Shown here one piece after another: positions 39,801-47,543 of a stretch of 47,677 nucleotides of DNA. Numbering within the stretch: position 1 is the stretch's first letter; every line of letters begins with the position of its first letter. Source of the stretch: a virus (lineage: Duplodnaviria > Caudoviricetes); the IMG/VR virus record IMGVR_UViG_3300020440_000023, positions 1 through 47,677 of that record; one strand, given 5' to 3'. The notes beneath the pieces are model-generated. The model made no database searches, was not told the origin of the DNA, and saw nothing but the letters and a program-made list of their open reading frames with translations. Both the position numbers and the translations under genes were made by a program.

Positions 39801-42800
39801 TAATCAGCGGTGGTGGAGGATCAGGCGCTACAGCAGAAGCGTTTATTGGTAACGGAAAAGTTACAAGTGTAAAAGTTACAAACGGTGGAAGTGGATACTT
39901 AACAAGGCCTACAATACAAATTGTTGGTTCAAATGAAGGCGGAACAGTTGCAAGATTAAGTCCAATACTAGGTGAAGGTAAATCTAAATCAGCTCATATT
40001 AGATGTAAATTTGATAGAGTTACAGGAACATATCTATTCCAAACACTAAGTGAAACAGAAACATTTACTTCGTCAATAGATCAGCAGATATTTAATTTAA
40101 AATGGCCTATGCAACTTAAATCAACACAGATCACTGTTACTGTTGATGGCTTAGAATCTTTACGTAGTGAATATACATTTACTAATGTTACTGACACGTC
40201 AAAAGGATTTACAAGAAGTTACGGACGCATTACATTTACTAATGCTCTTGCTGTAAATAAAACTGTTGTCATAACATATAATAAAGCACCAGAATTATTA
40301 CAAGCACAAGATAGAATAAGTTTATATTATAATCCAACATCAGGAATGTACGGTAATGATTTAGCACAGTTGCTAGACGGTATAGATTACGGAGGAGTAG
40401 AAGTAAGCAGTTTCAGTTTTGGTTCAGGAACTGGTTGGGACGCAGATGAATGGTTCACAACTACATATGATACTTTCGACACAACCTTTGAAGATGAAAT
40501 TTTCCAAATTGGAGACGATAGCACAAGAGTATTAAATTTTGCAAGTCCACTAGAAACTGGAGTAGTTTACAATGTTTATAAAAATGGTGTAAGATTAGAC
40601 GATCCTAATTTTGGTACAAATAATCCTGTTACAAACACTGCGGCTGTCATGCAAAGTATTACAGGTGCAGGACAGACAGGCGTTGCATTGTATGATGACG
40701 CAGGTGCCTTAGCTAGTGACATAATTGTATTTGATGAAGACATTATTAGCACTAGACCAAATGATATAATTGTATTTAGAAAAACAACATCAGATGGTTC
40801 TTTCTTACCAGATCCTAGATCATATGATACAGTATTACAAGGTGGCGACTTTGCATTTACTACAGCAAGGGGTATTAATCCTGAAGAAATTATAGTTGAT
40901 GGAGATGACTTTGTTTCTCCTACAACAAGTAAAGGACCAGAAGAACAAGTTCCTGGACAAGTTCTTGATACGGTCAACATCAATGTATATCACAGACCAA
41001 AAGACGGCGGTAGTGTATTATCAAGTAATTCCTATAGAACAGACGGTACACGAACTGTATACGAATTTGGTATTCAACCTCAAAATAAGGACGGATTGTT
41101 TGTAAAACTTGACGATGTAATACAAGCACAGTCTTTGTATACTGTAGATTATAAAAATAAAACTATTACTTTCAAAAATGTTCCAAATGCTAATTTGGAT
41201 GTGAACATAGTTTCAATAAGTGGTAACGGAAAAAATGCAATTGAACAAAATGAATTTATAGGAGATGGTAGTACAACAGCATATCCAACTAAAATACATT
41301 ATACTACTAAATTAGATTACTATGCTACTGTAAATGGAGAGCCAGTAGAATCAGTGTTAACTAGTACTGGTGATAGTACAGACGAAGATCCAAAAGCAAT
41401 GATTGTATTTGGTAGTGCTCCACCAGACAATAGTATCATTAATTATGCAGTATATACAGCAGTTGATAGTTTTAGTAAACTTGAAACCACTGAGTTTGTA
41501 GGAGACGGCAGTACAAAGGTATTCAGTCTTGATAAAACTCCTTATAGTGCTAAACCAAATAGTCATAATGTAATTGTAAAACTAGATAATCAAATATTAA
41601 ATCCTGGATACAATCAACAGTTTCAATGCTCACCAGCACAAAGAGAATACTTCTTAGAGTTGTGGCAAACACCTATAGGAAGTTTTGAAGATTCAGACAT
41701 TCTTATATTACTAAATGGTAAAGAACTTACTATTGCTGTTGAATATAATATCCGTCCTGCAAACAGTAGTGTAATACTTGAGCCAGGCATAGGCGGCGAT
41801 GGAGATATATTAGAAGTTTATCTAAGGACAGATGGAGATTATGCTTTTGGTAGTGTGCAAACTATAGATTCAAACTTGACTTGGGTAGACAGTGGTTCAG
41901 ACTTACAACTTACTACAGCACCTGCTGAAGGACAAAAATTAACTGTGTACACATTTAATAAACATGATAGCATGGATTTTGAAAGACAAAATTTTGATAT
42001 AATTGCAAGAACACCTGTAACAGTAGGGACTGACGATCATGTACAATTCAATCATATCAAAGCAGGATTAGTGAAACTTAGATATCCTGCAATTGATGCT
42101 CAATATGTTTGGTTAACAATAAATGGTACACTTCAAACACCTAGTGTAGATTATAAACTGACAGAAGATCGTAATTTCATTAAGTATAAAGGTTCTTTTG
42201 CAGATAATGATGTAGTAGAAGTTATACAATTTAGTGCCCAAGGTGAAATAAGCTCAAACTTTGGATTCAGCCAATTTAAAGATATTCTAAACAGAAATAT
42301 TTACAAAAGACTTGGAGATGTTGCTCCGCTTAAATTAGCAAAAGATTTGAAAACTTTTGATAAAGAAATTTTCTTAGATGATGCAAGTGCAATTAGCACT
42401 CCGGATAAAAATAGTAGTATTCCGGGTATTATTTTCATAAACGGTGAGCGTATTGAATTTCTAATAAAACAAGGTAATGTATTACGTCAAATACAGAGAG
42501 GAACACTTGGAACAGGTGTTGCAAGCGTTCACGAAGCAGGTAGTGATGTATATAATCAAGGAGCAACACAAACAGCACCTTATGCAGATCAAACTATTGT
42601 AGATGAGCAAATTGGTGACGGTTCAACCACAGTATTTCCACTAGCGTTTACACCAAAAACTGTTAACGAGTTTGAAGTGTTTGTAGCAGGTAAAAGACTG
42701 CGTAAAAACGCAATACAGATGTTTAATCCTGCATTAGACCAAGATTCACCGGAAGCAGATGAAACTGCACCAGCGGAGTTTTCAGTAGATGGTACCACAG

Positions 42801-42958
42801 CAAATTTAACTTTGTTAAATACACCAGCAGTGAATGCTAAGATAAAAATTGTTAGAAGACAAGGAAAACGCTGGACAGACCCAGGAATTTCACTTAATGA
42901 TGCGGAAAGTTTGGTAGCACGTTTCTTTAAGGCAGAAAAGGTGGAGCTACCCAAATAA
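27890..42958 (+). CDS. giant 5022-aa baseplate wedge / adhesin-like structural protein (gp7 position)
   Basis: Single open frame coupled to gp6 by TAATG; FG-GAP-like repeats, W....Y..G..V modules, G.GY...P repeats, GDGST repeats. Confidence 0.75.
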   Translation: MAQDESPIPVPINGNHKRKATDLLPRYFRTTANKKFITSTLDQLMQPGVIEKVDGFIGRKDAKAFKASDNYIPDVSADRENYQLEPVAIITDKLGNTTFYKDYRDYVNSSKIRNTDNADHSKYSSQEYYAWDPHINWDKFVNFREYYWLPAGPDEIPVYGTARDIISTFSVKRQDNVDNNSYIFSEENKVSNPTLTLYRGQTYNFDIDATDMPFSIRTSTDIDNDTNLYNVGVSQQKVEQGTITWKIDLESPDTLYYTNGNDIEASGLIIIKDIIDATELDVGSDIVGKKTYTMQNGYDLTNGMKVKFYGTITPAKYGEGNWYVEGVGDSIKLISESDLVITADYLTDISTEFDAQGFSSLPFDDATSYATLKDYIVINRASKDGNQWSRYNKWTHKSVIENIAQINNVPVVLDQNYRATRPIIEFDAGLKLYNFGTQSKTSVDLVDTVTKDVFSDIEGQVGYFVDGVELVNGMRVLFTADPDSLVAGKIYEVNFISQNGNLQLALKETTDAIPQTNETVLVKSGTNYKGKLFFYDGTTWKQTQDKTKVNQQPLFDLYNDAGTQLSTLESSTFRGNKIFSYKVGTGVNDTELGFPLSYRTIENSGDIVFDFNLLADTYQYDELTDVFTVSTDTALLRKYTDRTSFTNVSGWTKAPTKSTQPVVKQVTVGQRTNNFIVDTYTNSGDLNDLIVKVYVNNERKRENTHYTINRVNGYAYITFIAELSTNDKLVLKTTSSAPKRSGFYEFPINFEKNPQNENVTTFTLGEVLDHVDSIVDNVNGFTGVFPGVSNLRDIGDASKYGLKFVQHSGPINLALFNLTNKDYDAIEALKYSGFEYIKFKREFLRIANELGFEGTDKIHVDKVLFELSADKNNTDPFYFSDMLPQGGDTKVTHNIEDSSQTIFSLTRGIDFTTLSDKAVLVYLNQKQLTINKDYTISTDGFLTLLNAPTAGDVLDVYEYITTDGCWIPPTPTKLGLYPKFTPEIFLDDTYLDTPTDSTGPWKVYGRDEQTTLSYKGKVGWFYPLFTDELSAQQEDLRNGGSGSAHTHVFAGSNTLFYMPSGSGGMNHATNDTQVIDEYPNAKAMLQGHDGSLWRCFGDFRDNLLLDFEKRIYNNLKMPYDESVLDIADYVNSKSRNTSFTRTQISKTMISEFNSWLETVGTPDYVANNYYRVGDGFTFYYGAASDPYGNPLSGFWRSIYKDFYNTDRPHSHPWEILGFKEKPDWFDDEYGPAPYTSNNLLLWEDLSKGIVRGKSGSKVTYRNKFKNEDIFSYIPVDENGNLLPPNLTGYSQGNISTTYNYEFKFGDEAPVETAWRRSSHYPFSLMISWALNQPAQFFGLAFDRSRITRNGAGQLVYRDTSKRIELSKLRFPNSASDSQRVYTAGILNYIQGYLAGNETLRFKEYQDNITNLQNKLGAKLGGFTQKQKFRLILDSRTPTNEGNVFVPDENYSIHLTKSIPIDVFSYSGMIIEITPSGYTVKGYDKDNPVFKYYPVRRKNSDQTISVGGISENFLTWTEGKTYEAGQIVELSDNYYRVKISHTSGEGFNQDNFQKLAELPEEGGATAQIATNFDTTLVEMPYGTLLREKQDVVDLMLGYQHYLQKVGFRFDNFNQDIEEIENWQLSAKEFLFWTTQNWQDGTILTVSPSARQIEFFRNNVVVDDIYDNFYDYSLLKADGKRLLADFATTERDNTNEFGIYVKNTEEGIFHLKIPVIQHEHAVLIDNKTVFGDVIYNRPQGYRQERIKVKGYRSDEWNGSYNIPGFIYDDAVPTEWQSYQDYPIGALVKYKQYFYVAQTKVVGTENFNDKLFLRLNEKPEQQLLPNFDYKAKQFADFYDLDSDNFDVEQQKLAQHLTGYQKRKYLENIINDDVAQYKFYQGAIQDKGTKNVLTKLFDKLGSATKDSLEFYEEWAVRVGRYGATTGDDQFDIIFDEQKYRQEPQQVQLVDAIDPTDTSLIYKLDRNNVYVKSENYNHKPLPVKYFNDDNSFTKTAGYVNPSDVSLSLLNYNDLLTQSNLATNSYVWTATDKTQQTWGVYKLVATDLRITGFTASNANKFTITCDKVANFDTGDIIGINDIDDATNGYYKVVSSSLNVVTLESTEGEDISEPEADAEFNGYVTEFKIARLPSLSLANDSLGVSNINNTIWVDDDDTGKWLTLSNRQIFELKPNIVNTAAGLLDSTEKDFGTAFSVTSNNNRIAITAPKDLNGSVYIFQRPSDNNEFGFLQQIDEQLFLFDSNGGFGQSVAVSPDGKYLAIGSPHASNVKSKLKGDYNNKNAYSQGDIVLYSEQLWRADRNIDADATQVYSNHSSNAQSKEDEYDSTSQSYPTIEYIVRGDYTLGADSDTDHILIRAEKEQFEGTKPGDILTLKWNKYTTSYQAGLLPFNGDSTLTESLINGNHTIVNKVQHIIHIQSALSVPDAGAEITTDTCRATIAYRRTNDENEMTVYIKDVNGAFQGSGKIYANGILIGDYEESLNITDNYHSGWWYVSIGSTFSSTNLTETNANLVIQDITPENEIVNNPFFSNILDTKFVSSVSNPTKASEFGILSHTQGQSDIQVLDSKWWIRTPLDHGNSITPGDKTRVWINTIRVNGLVQDPNAIGLTSSYVNGTEHTVADVWNGYVEVRLTNFDLNGDPFIPNVGDTLTDTATGSTAEIAFIERAFATAKIYLKNRNGTWAVGSDFGVNSNATFIENDSTVRTIGPINSAHMENSISGPIIVVESGTNIPVVNGNNYLRDLEYWIYSSNNIQGITDTANPPSSINLDWKRVYNIPVIAEGYGTGLNEQGTFAIYEMKGVTYQLISYYTVPNSANNRKLGTKLKFVQPDSSSYKLYVHAEGDGTESNQGRVYFVNKNATDDWALSVQQNYRGDFRVSATYFEGEFVRFGETIYKANTNLIPGTFNVNQWTAQTSGLDLLGYVPNDTNFSLVESTLEQDNLEAFGSDFDVSSKGEVLIANSVYTSVYEIESGGVTLGLDSSIANRKVVVYRLNGTNYEYSQILEPFNQTEDYGSTIAVSEDGKKIAVGAPFNSDITDNGGAVYLYIQKDGMFVYSQTLRPIDKSPNVQFGTKIDFDGNTLAVASRGGSMISSTTFDTYKSIKENEQYVLDPKSGANPIATSFDNSSTKFQTVDVGSGVVSLYETVNDTLLYSQNFTYDLDTQDFGNRMLVNKNHVYIGLPKQQVPNSSVLDKGLVAEYRKPQGLTSWSITRQPILPADTSKFKGVYLYDTKTNGLLTYLDYIDPIQGKIAGPAEQEISFKTSYDPARYSTTTADSNIVAHPLDYTSDEWVGKLWWDIDSGKFINHHQGDITEATADFNKLFPGSTVEVWEWVESELLPSEWDDQSDTDAGIAAGISGTSKYGDSAYTVRRKYDTASQTFTNYYYYWVLGKSTLPPVENRETTCADVIRYISDPETTGYRFVAMLGSNRFALYNCASFIEDRRTAISFNWWTIDNQEQPTHIQYQLVSDGLETSVPNREIEQKWFDSLVGFDSNDRPVPDINLPVKSRYGALNEPRQSWFVNRTEARKQFVERVNNTLSKNLVVDEFDLSKLTGFDPQPTTATGIFDTTSDSFGEIGFVSVARVKPANLSLEVENGVIINVLINDAGQGYINVPTYTITDLEGSGAELEFILDANGSISSVNIINGGRDYTSNLAINVRSFSVLVKSDESIGGKWSVYQWTGTEYLRTLTQSYDINLYWQYIDWYATGYNQFTFINHTINSSYEIYALDDKIGDIVKINSVGTGGWLLLRKIANLESQDYTLSYETIGREDGTIEFKNSLYDTDASNTAFDGASFDKIFYDTEPNTEFRKILEILKNDIFVDNLAIHWNELFFAGIRYVLSEQPNVDWVFKTSFVKAKHNVGELQQKVTFQNDNLPSYQDYVNEMKPYKTKIREYLSSYEKIDPANNVVTDFDLAPYYNDQEGKIVPQSVQIIDNQVYAGVADIQNYPSKHWLDNVGFKITSFSIADAGSGYQVPPKIVISGGGGSGATAEAFIGNGKVTSVKVTNGGSGYLTRPTIQIVGSNEGGTVARLSPILGEGKSKSAHIRCKFDRVTGTYLFQTLSETETFTSSIDQQIFNLKWPMQLKSTQITVTVDGLESLRSEYTFTNVTDTSKGFTRSYGRITFTNALAVNKTVVITYNKAPELLQAQDRISLYYNPTSGMYGNDLAQLLDGIDYGGVEVSSFSFGSGTGWDADEWFTTTYDTFDTTFEDEIFQIGDDSTRVLNFASPLETGVVYNVYKNGVRLDDPNFGTNNPVTNTAAVMQSITGAGQTGVALYDDAGALASDIIVFDEDIISTRPNDIIVFRKTTSDGSFLPDPRSYDTVLQGGDFAFTTARGINPEEIIVDGDDFVSPTTSKGPEEQVPGQVLDTVNINVYHRPKDGGSVLSSNSYRTDGTRTVYEFGIQPQNKDGLFVKLDDVIQAQSLYTVDYKNKTITFKNVPNANLDVNIVSISGNGKNAIEQNEFIGDGSTTAYPTKIHYTTKLDYYATVNGEPVESVLTSTGDSTDEDPKAMIVFGSAPPDNSIINYAVYTAVDSFSKLETTEFVGDGSTKVFSLDKTPYSAKPNSHNVIVKLDNQILNPGYNQQFQCSPAQREYFLELWQTPIGSFEDSDILILLNGKELTIAVEYNIRPANSSVILEPGIGGDGDILEVYLRTDGDYAFGSVQTIDSNLTWVDSGSDLQLTTAPAEGQKLTVYTFNKHDSMDFERQNFDIIARTPVTVGTDDHVQFNHIKAGLVKLRYPAIDAQYVWLTINGTLQTPSVDYKLTEDRNFIKYKGSFADNDVVEVIQFSAQGEISSNFGFSQFKDILNRNIYKRLGDVAPLKLAKDLKTFDKEIFLDDASAISTPDKNSSIPGIIFINGERIEFLIKQGNVLRQIQRGTLGTGVASVHEAGSDVYNQGATQTAPYADQTIVDEQIGDGSTTVFPLAFTPKTVNEFEVFVAGKRLRKNAIQMFNPALDQDSPEADETAPAEFSVDGTTANLTLLNTPAVNAKIKIVRRQGKRWTDPGISLNDAESLVARFFKAEKVELPK

Positions 42959-42961
42959 ATA
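42956..42961 (+). promoter_or_regulatory. late promoter core TAAATA overlapping a stop codon
   Basis: aTAAATAc uses the TAA stop of the 5022-aa gene. Confidence 0.65.
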
Positions 42962-42978
42962 CAGTATAGGACAAAGGT

Positions 42979-43590
42979 ATGATTGACAACATAAAAGAAG
43001 AAAACGGAGTTATGCTCCAAGGACATATTAAGATAACTGATGCTAAAACCGGCGAAGTTATTGTTGATAAACGTAATGCTATCCACTACGAAAACATGAG
43101 TATTTCACTTGCAGAAAGTTTAGCAAATGCAGGTCAAGGCACAATTTACCAGATGGCATTTGGTAATGGAGGAACTAGTATTGACCCTACTGGAATTATT
43201 ACATACCTTACACCTAACAGTACAGGTACTAATGCTAGTCTTTATAACCAAACATTTATTAAAGTTGTTGATGATAGAAGTGTTAATAACACAGATCCTG
43301 CAAGAAATAAGATTGAATCAAGACACGTAAGTGGTACAAACTATACAGACATTGTAGTAAGTTGTTTACTTGATTATGGTGAACCTTCAGGACAAGATGC
43401 TGTAGATAACGCAACCAATGCTGACAGTTTATATGTTTTTGATGAACTAGGACTAGTAAGTTATAGTCCATCAGGACAGGGTAGATTGTTAACACATGTA
43501 ATTTTCCACCCAGTACAAAAAAGTTTGAATAGATTGATTCAAATTGATTATACTGTGCGTGTACAAAGTTTGTCAGGATTTAGTGAATAA
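42979..43590 (+). CDS. baseplate / fibre-attachment structural protein
   Basis: Beta-rich; MAFGNGG, FDELGL, LLTHVIFHPVQKS.NR.IQI.Y.V; lies between the wedge and fibre genes. Confidence 0.65.
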   Translation: MIDNIKEENGVMLQGHIKITDAKTGEVIVDKRNAIHYENMSISLAESLANAGQGTIYQMAFGNGGTSIDPTGIITYLTPNSTGTNASLYNQTFIKVVDDRSVNNTDPARNKIESRHVSGTNYTDIVVSCLLDYGEPSGQDAVDNATNADSLYVFDELGLVSYSPSGQGRLLTHVIFHPVQKSLNRLIQIDYTVRVQSLSGFSE

Positions 43591-45671
43591 TGGCTTATAC
43601 AATTAACTACTCAGATACTAACAAAGGCACTATCTCAATTGAAGATAGTACAATTAATCAGCAAACAAGTCTAGATATTCCTGGACGTAACACAACTAGT
43701 TATGGGTCAGTTATTGCAGAAAACTTTTTGAAGCAATTAGAAAATTTTGCAAATACATCAGCACCACGTAATCCAGTACAAGGACAATTATGGTATGATA
43801 GTTCAACAGGAATTGATACTTTAAAACTATATGACGGAACAAGTTGGGTAAATGCTAGTGGATTGAAAAAAGGAAACACAGCACCAGATGTAGCAAATGC
43901 ATTACAAGGCGACCTTTGGTCAGATACAGATAACAATCAGTTATATATTTTTACAGGTAGTGGTTGGACACTAGTTGGACCTGAATACAGTGACGGTTTG
44001 TTAACAGGTGCAAAGCCGGTTGTTGTTACAGGTAAAGATGAAGTTCTTTATACTATTCTACAACTTGAAGTAGGCGGTAATCCTATTGCAATTTATTCTA
44101 CAAGAACATTCCAACCTAAAAGCACAATAGCAGGATTTACAATCATACAGCCAGGATTAAATTTATCAAATTCAAATATCGGAGGCGATGGCATAGGAAA
44201 ATATTTTGGTACAAGTGAAAAGGCAGAAAATTTAGTTGTTGCAGGCGCAAGCGTAGCGTCAACTAATTTTTTAAGATCAGATGTAGCAAGTACATCATCG
44301 CAAAAATTAACAATTAGTAATAACTCAGGTTTACAAGTAGGACAGGATGCTATTGTTACCTTTGATGTACAAGGAACTTCAGGAGTTGTTACAAACCTAA
44401 CATCAGGAGCACCGATTGATTTCAAAGTAAACAATTTAGGTGTACAGGCAAATGTAATTAGAATTGACTCAACTGAAAAAGTTGGTATTAATACACTGTC
44501 ACCTGCAGAAGCATTAGATGTTGCAGGATCAATTCAAACAAGTGCAAATTTAATTGTACAAGGAACTACAGATAGTGCAAGTATAGGAACAGGTGCAGTC
44601 AAAATTAGTGGCGGTGTTGGAATTGCAAAAAAATTATTTGTTGGAACAGATTTAAGTGTAGCAGGATCAAGCACAGTTGGTGCAATAACACCAATTGCAA
44701 CACAACAATATTCTTTAGGAACAAGCGACAAGCGTTGGTCAGCTGTACATGCTGTTGAGTTTAGAGGTAACTTAATTGGTAACATTACAGGTACAGTAAC
44801 AGGTGGTTCTACAAACGCAAACAAATTAACAAGTGCGTCAACTTTCCAACTTACAGGAGATGTAAGTTCAAACCAAATTACATTTGATGGACAGGTTGGC
44901 GGAACAACTAAAACATTTAATACTGCAATTAGTAATACTTTTATTGCTAACAAAACTCTTGCTACTACACCTAATAATGATGACGAAATTATTATAAACA
45001 GGATTTCAGGTGATGATACAGGTGTATTTAAAATATCACAAGCCGCACTTGTAAGTAGTGTGCCTGTCATTCCAATTGGTACTATTGTGCCATTTGGTGG
45101 AGTTAACACACCGGCAGGTTGGTTATTGTGTGATGGTACAGAAGTTAGAATTGCAGATTACTTGACACTTTATAATACAATACAATATCAATTCAAAGAC
45201 CAAAGCCAAGTACAATCAGGATTTTTTGGATTACCTGACTTTAGAGGTAGATTCCCACTAGGTGCTGATAATTTGGGCGGATCTAGTGCTAACAGAGTAT
45301 CAGATGTAAACGCTGATACAGTTGGTTTAGCATCAGGTGTTGAAAGTAGAGCTATTGACGTTAAAAACTTACCTGAACACGAACATGATTTAAGATCTCC
45401 TAAAGGTGCTCAGTTTTATGTTATACTTGATGATAGTGGTGTTCAGCAAGACGCTGATACTATTCCTTATGATGCTCCTACAGGATCAAATGCAGGACAA
45501 GCACGTACTTCATCAGGCGGTGTTCTAAATAGAAGAAATATTCAATACAATGAAAGTACTGGATTAGAAGAATTTGAAACATTTGATATTACAGAACTAG
45601 GAACGCCATATAATGTTATGAACCCGTTCTTAACAGTCAAATACATTATCTACACAGGAGTCGGGGGCTAA
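43590..45671 (+). CDS. tail fibre protein with phage tail-collar domain
   Basis: IPIGTIVPFGG...PAGWLLCDG, FGLPDFRGRFPLG, LPEHEH, NPFLTVKYII; N-terminal anchor module shared with the next two genes. Confidence 0.85.
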   Translation: MAYTINYSDTNKGTISIEDSTINQQTSLDIPGRNTTSYGSVIAENFLKQLENFANTSAPRNPVQGQLWYDSSTGIDTLKLYDGTSWVNASGLKKGNTAPDVANALQGDLWSDTDNNQLYIFTGSGWTLVGPEYSDGLLTGAKPVVVTGKDEVLYTILQLEVGGNPIAIYSTRTFQPKSTIAGFTIIQPGLNLSNSNIGGDGIGKYFGTSEKAENLVVAGASVASTNFLRSDVASTSSQKLTISNNSGLQVGQDAIVTFDVQGTSGVVTNLTSGAPIDFKVNNLGVQANVIRIDSTEKVGINTLSPAEALDVAGSIQTSANLIVQGTTDSASIGTGAVKISGGVGIAKKLFVGTDLSVAGSSTVGAITPIATQQYSLGTSDKRWSAVHAVEFRGNLIGNITGTVTGGSTNANKLTSASTFQLTGDVSSNQITFDGQVGGTTKTFNTAISNTFIANKTLATTPNNDDEIIINRISGDDTGVFKISQAALVSSVPVIPIGTIVPFGGVNTPAGWLLCDGTEVRIADYLTLYNTIQYQFKDQSQVQSGFFGLPDFRGRFPLGADNLGGSSANRVSDVNADTVGLASGVESRAIDVKNLPEHEHDLRSPKGAQFYVILDDSGVQQDADTIPYDAPTGSNAGQARTSSGGVLNRRNIQYNESTGLEEFETFDITELGTPYNVMNPFLTVKYIIYTGVGG

Positions 45672-45672
45672 T

Positions 45673-47514
45673 ATGGCATATCAAATTAATAAGACTAGCG
45701 GTGCATTACTTGTTAACCTAGCAGACGGGCAAATAGATACACTATCAACTGATATAACACTTATTGGTAAGAACTATACAGGGTTTGGTGAAAGTATAAA
45801 TGAAAATTTTGTTAAGATGTTGGAAAATTTTGCCAACGCTTCGGCACCATCTAATCCGCTTGCTGGACAAATTTGGTGGGATACTTCAAATTCAAGACTA
45901 AAAGTTTACACAGGTACAGACTGGACAACAGGCGGCGGCCCTATAGTACAACCTACACAGCCAACAATGGTTGCAGGAGATATGTGGATCAACAATGATG
46001 CTAATCAACTTTACTTCTTTGATGGTACAGATTTAGAATTAGCAGGACCAATCTATAATGCTTTCCAAGGACGTTCAGGACCTGAAGTTGTTACTGTACT
46101 AGATAACACTGGTACAAGTAGAACTATTGTTAAGTATTGGGTCGGCGGAACTTTTGTTGGACTTTGGAGTAAAATAGGATTTACTCCACAGAACGTAGAC
46201 ACTATTCCAGGTTTTACTGGAGATGTTGTTAAAGGATTTAATGTTGTAGATAGTGATTTCATTTTTGCAGGAACTGCATCAAGGACATCTGCACTTGTTG
46301 ATAGTAACAATGTTTCAAGAACTGCGGCACAATTCTTAGCTAGTGATTCAGATGATGCAACATCTGGTGCATTAACAGTTAGAAACAATAACGGTATTAC
46401 AATAGGACTTACAGATAACAATGTTATTAAAGTAACATCAGAAGGTGTTATTAACGAAAACCAAGTATCAGGACAAAATTATACTTTTAGAATGACAACA
46501 AGTCTAGGTAAGACTGATGCAATGACAATAGATTCTGCGAACAGTAGAATTGGTATCTATAATACAAATCCAACACAAACATTAGATGTTGGCGGCAACA
46601 TGCGTGTTGCAGGAAACTTGATTGTAGACGGAGATACTACCGAACTTGACGTACAAAAATTATTAGTAAGAGATAAAAGCATAGAACTAGCAAAAGGTGA
46701 CGATAGTACATTGCTTGATGATGCAGGAGTTGACGAAGCAGGTATAACAGTAGCATCTTCCAACGGCAATAAAGAATTGCTATGGAGAAATTCAACAAAT
46801 GCCTGGACATCAAATGTAAGTATTAACCTTACAGGCGCAAGTTCATTAAAATTTAATGGTGTCGACATAATTACAGGCTCTGCAGGTGTTGGTATTACTA
46901 GTATTGGTGCTTTGACATCAGCTAACATTGGTAGTTTCAGCTTCACAGGAGGCAATAATGTAGAAACTACAACAGTTGATGGCAGTGGTAACGGTATGAA
47001 TATTACAGCGGCCGGCAATATTAACTTAGTTACACCAAGACAAATAAGAAATGTTAGTGATCCGACAGCAGATCAGGATGTTGCAACTAAAGCATATGTA
47101 GATAGTAGTATTAATTTAGAAGTTTTATCATTAGCATTAGATGTTACAGGACTAGGAACAGCAGGTACAACACAACAACATACAAATATTGCAACAATTT
47201 TGAATGATATTGCTCCTGCAATCACAAAACAGAACGGAACTGAAGCTAGAATACACTGTACAACTACTACAGGTGCTACGGCAACACTGACTGGTTCTGC
47301 TTTGAACACAGCATTTAACGAAAATACAGTGCTTGTACAACAAAAAGACAATAGTGGCAATGATGACGGCTCTGTAAGCGTTATTCAAAGTGCAACATTT
47401 AATGATGCTACTGGTAATATTACTAGTACAGTTACAAGAACACTTAAATTATTTAGAATTTCGTCAGGAGCGTGGGGTTATGTACAAGACTTGACTCCGG
47501 GGACTTTGATATAA
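45673..47514 (+). CDS. tail fibre-like protein, paralog of the preceding gene
   Basis: Same N-terminal module (GKNY.G.GE...ENF..MLENFAN.SAP.NP..GQ.W.D); RIGI....P...LDV.G; VSDPTADQDVATKAYVD fibre motif. Confidence 0.8.
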   Translation: MAYQINKTSGALLVNLADGQIDTLSTDITLIGKNYTGFGESINENFVKMLENFANASAPSNPLAGQIWWDTSNSRLKVYTGTDWTTGGGPIVQPTQPTMVAGDMWINNDANQLYFFDGTDLELAGPIYNAFQGRSGPEVVTVLDNTGTSRTIVKYWVGGTFVGLWSKIGFTPQNVDTIPGFTGDVVKGFNVVDSDFIFAGTASRTSALVDSNNVSRTAAQFLASDSDDATSGALTVRNNNGITIGLTDNNVIKVTSEGVINENQVSGQNYTFRMTTSLGKTDAMTIDSANSRIGIYNTNPTQTLDVGGNMRVAGNLIVDGDTTELDVQKLLVRDKSIELAKGDDSTLLDDAGVDEAGITVASSNGNKELLWRNSTNAWTSNVSINLTGASSLKFNGVDIITGSAGVGITSIGALTSANIGSFSFTGGNNVETTTVDGSGNGMNITAAGNINLVTPRQIRNVSDPTADQDVATKAYVDSSINLEVLSLALDVTGLGTAGTTQQHTNIATILNDIAPAITKQNGTEARIHCTTTTGATATLTGSALNTAFNENTVLVQQKDNSGNDDGSVSVIQSATFNDATGNITSTVTRTLKLFRISSGAWGYVQDLTPGTLI

Positions 47515-47543
47515 ATACATATAACACAATTAGGGGTTAATAA

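Noticed and set aside
24638-47388. Many 60-190 aa alternative-frame or antisense ORFs within baseplate and fibre genes
   Set aside because: Fully nested in long genes with clear motifs; typical shadow ORFs.
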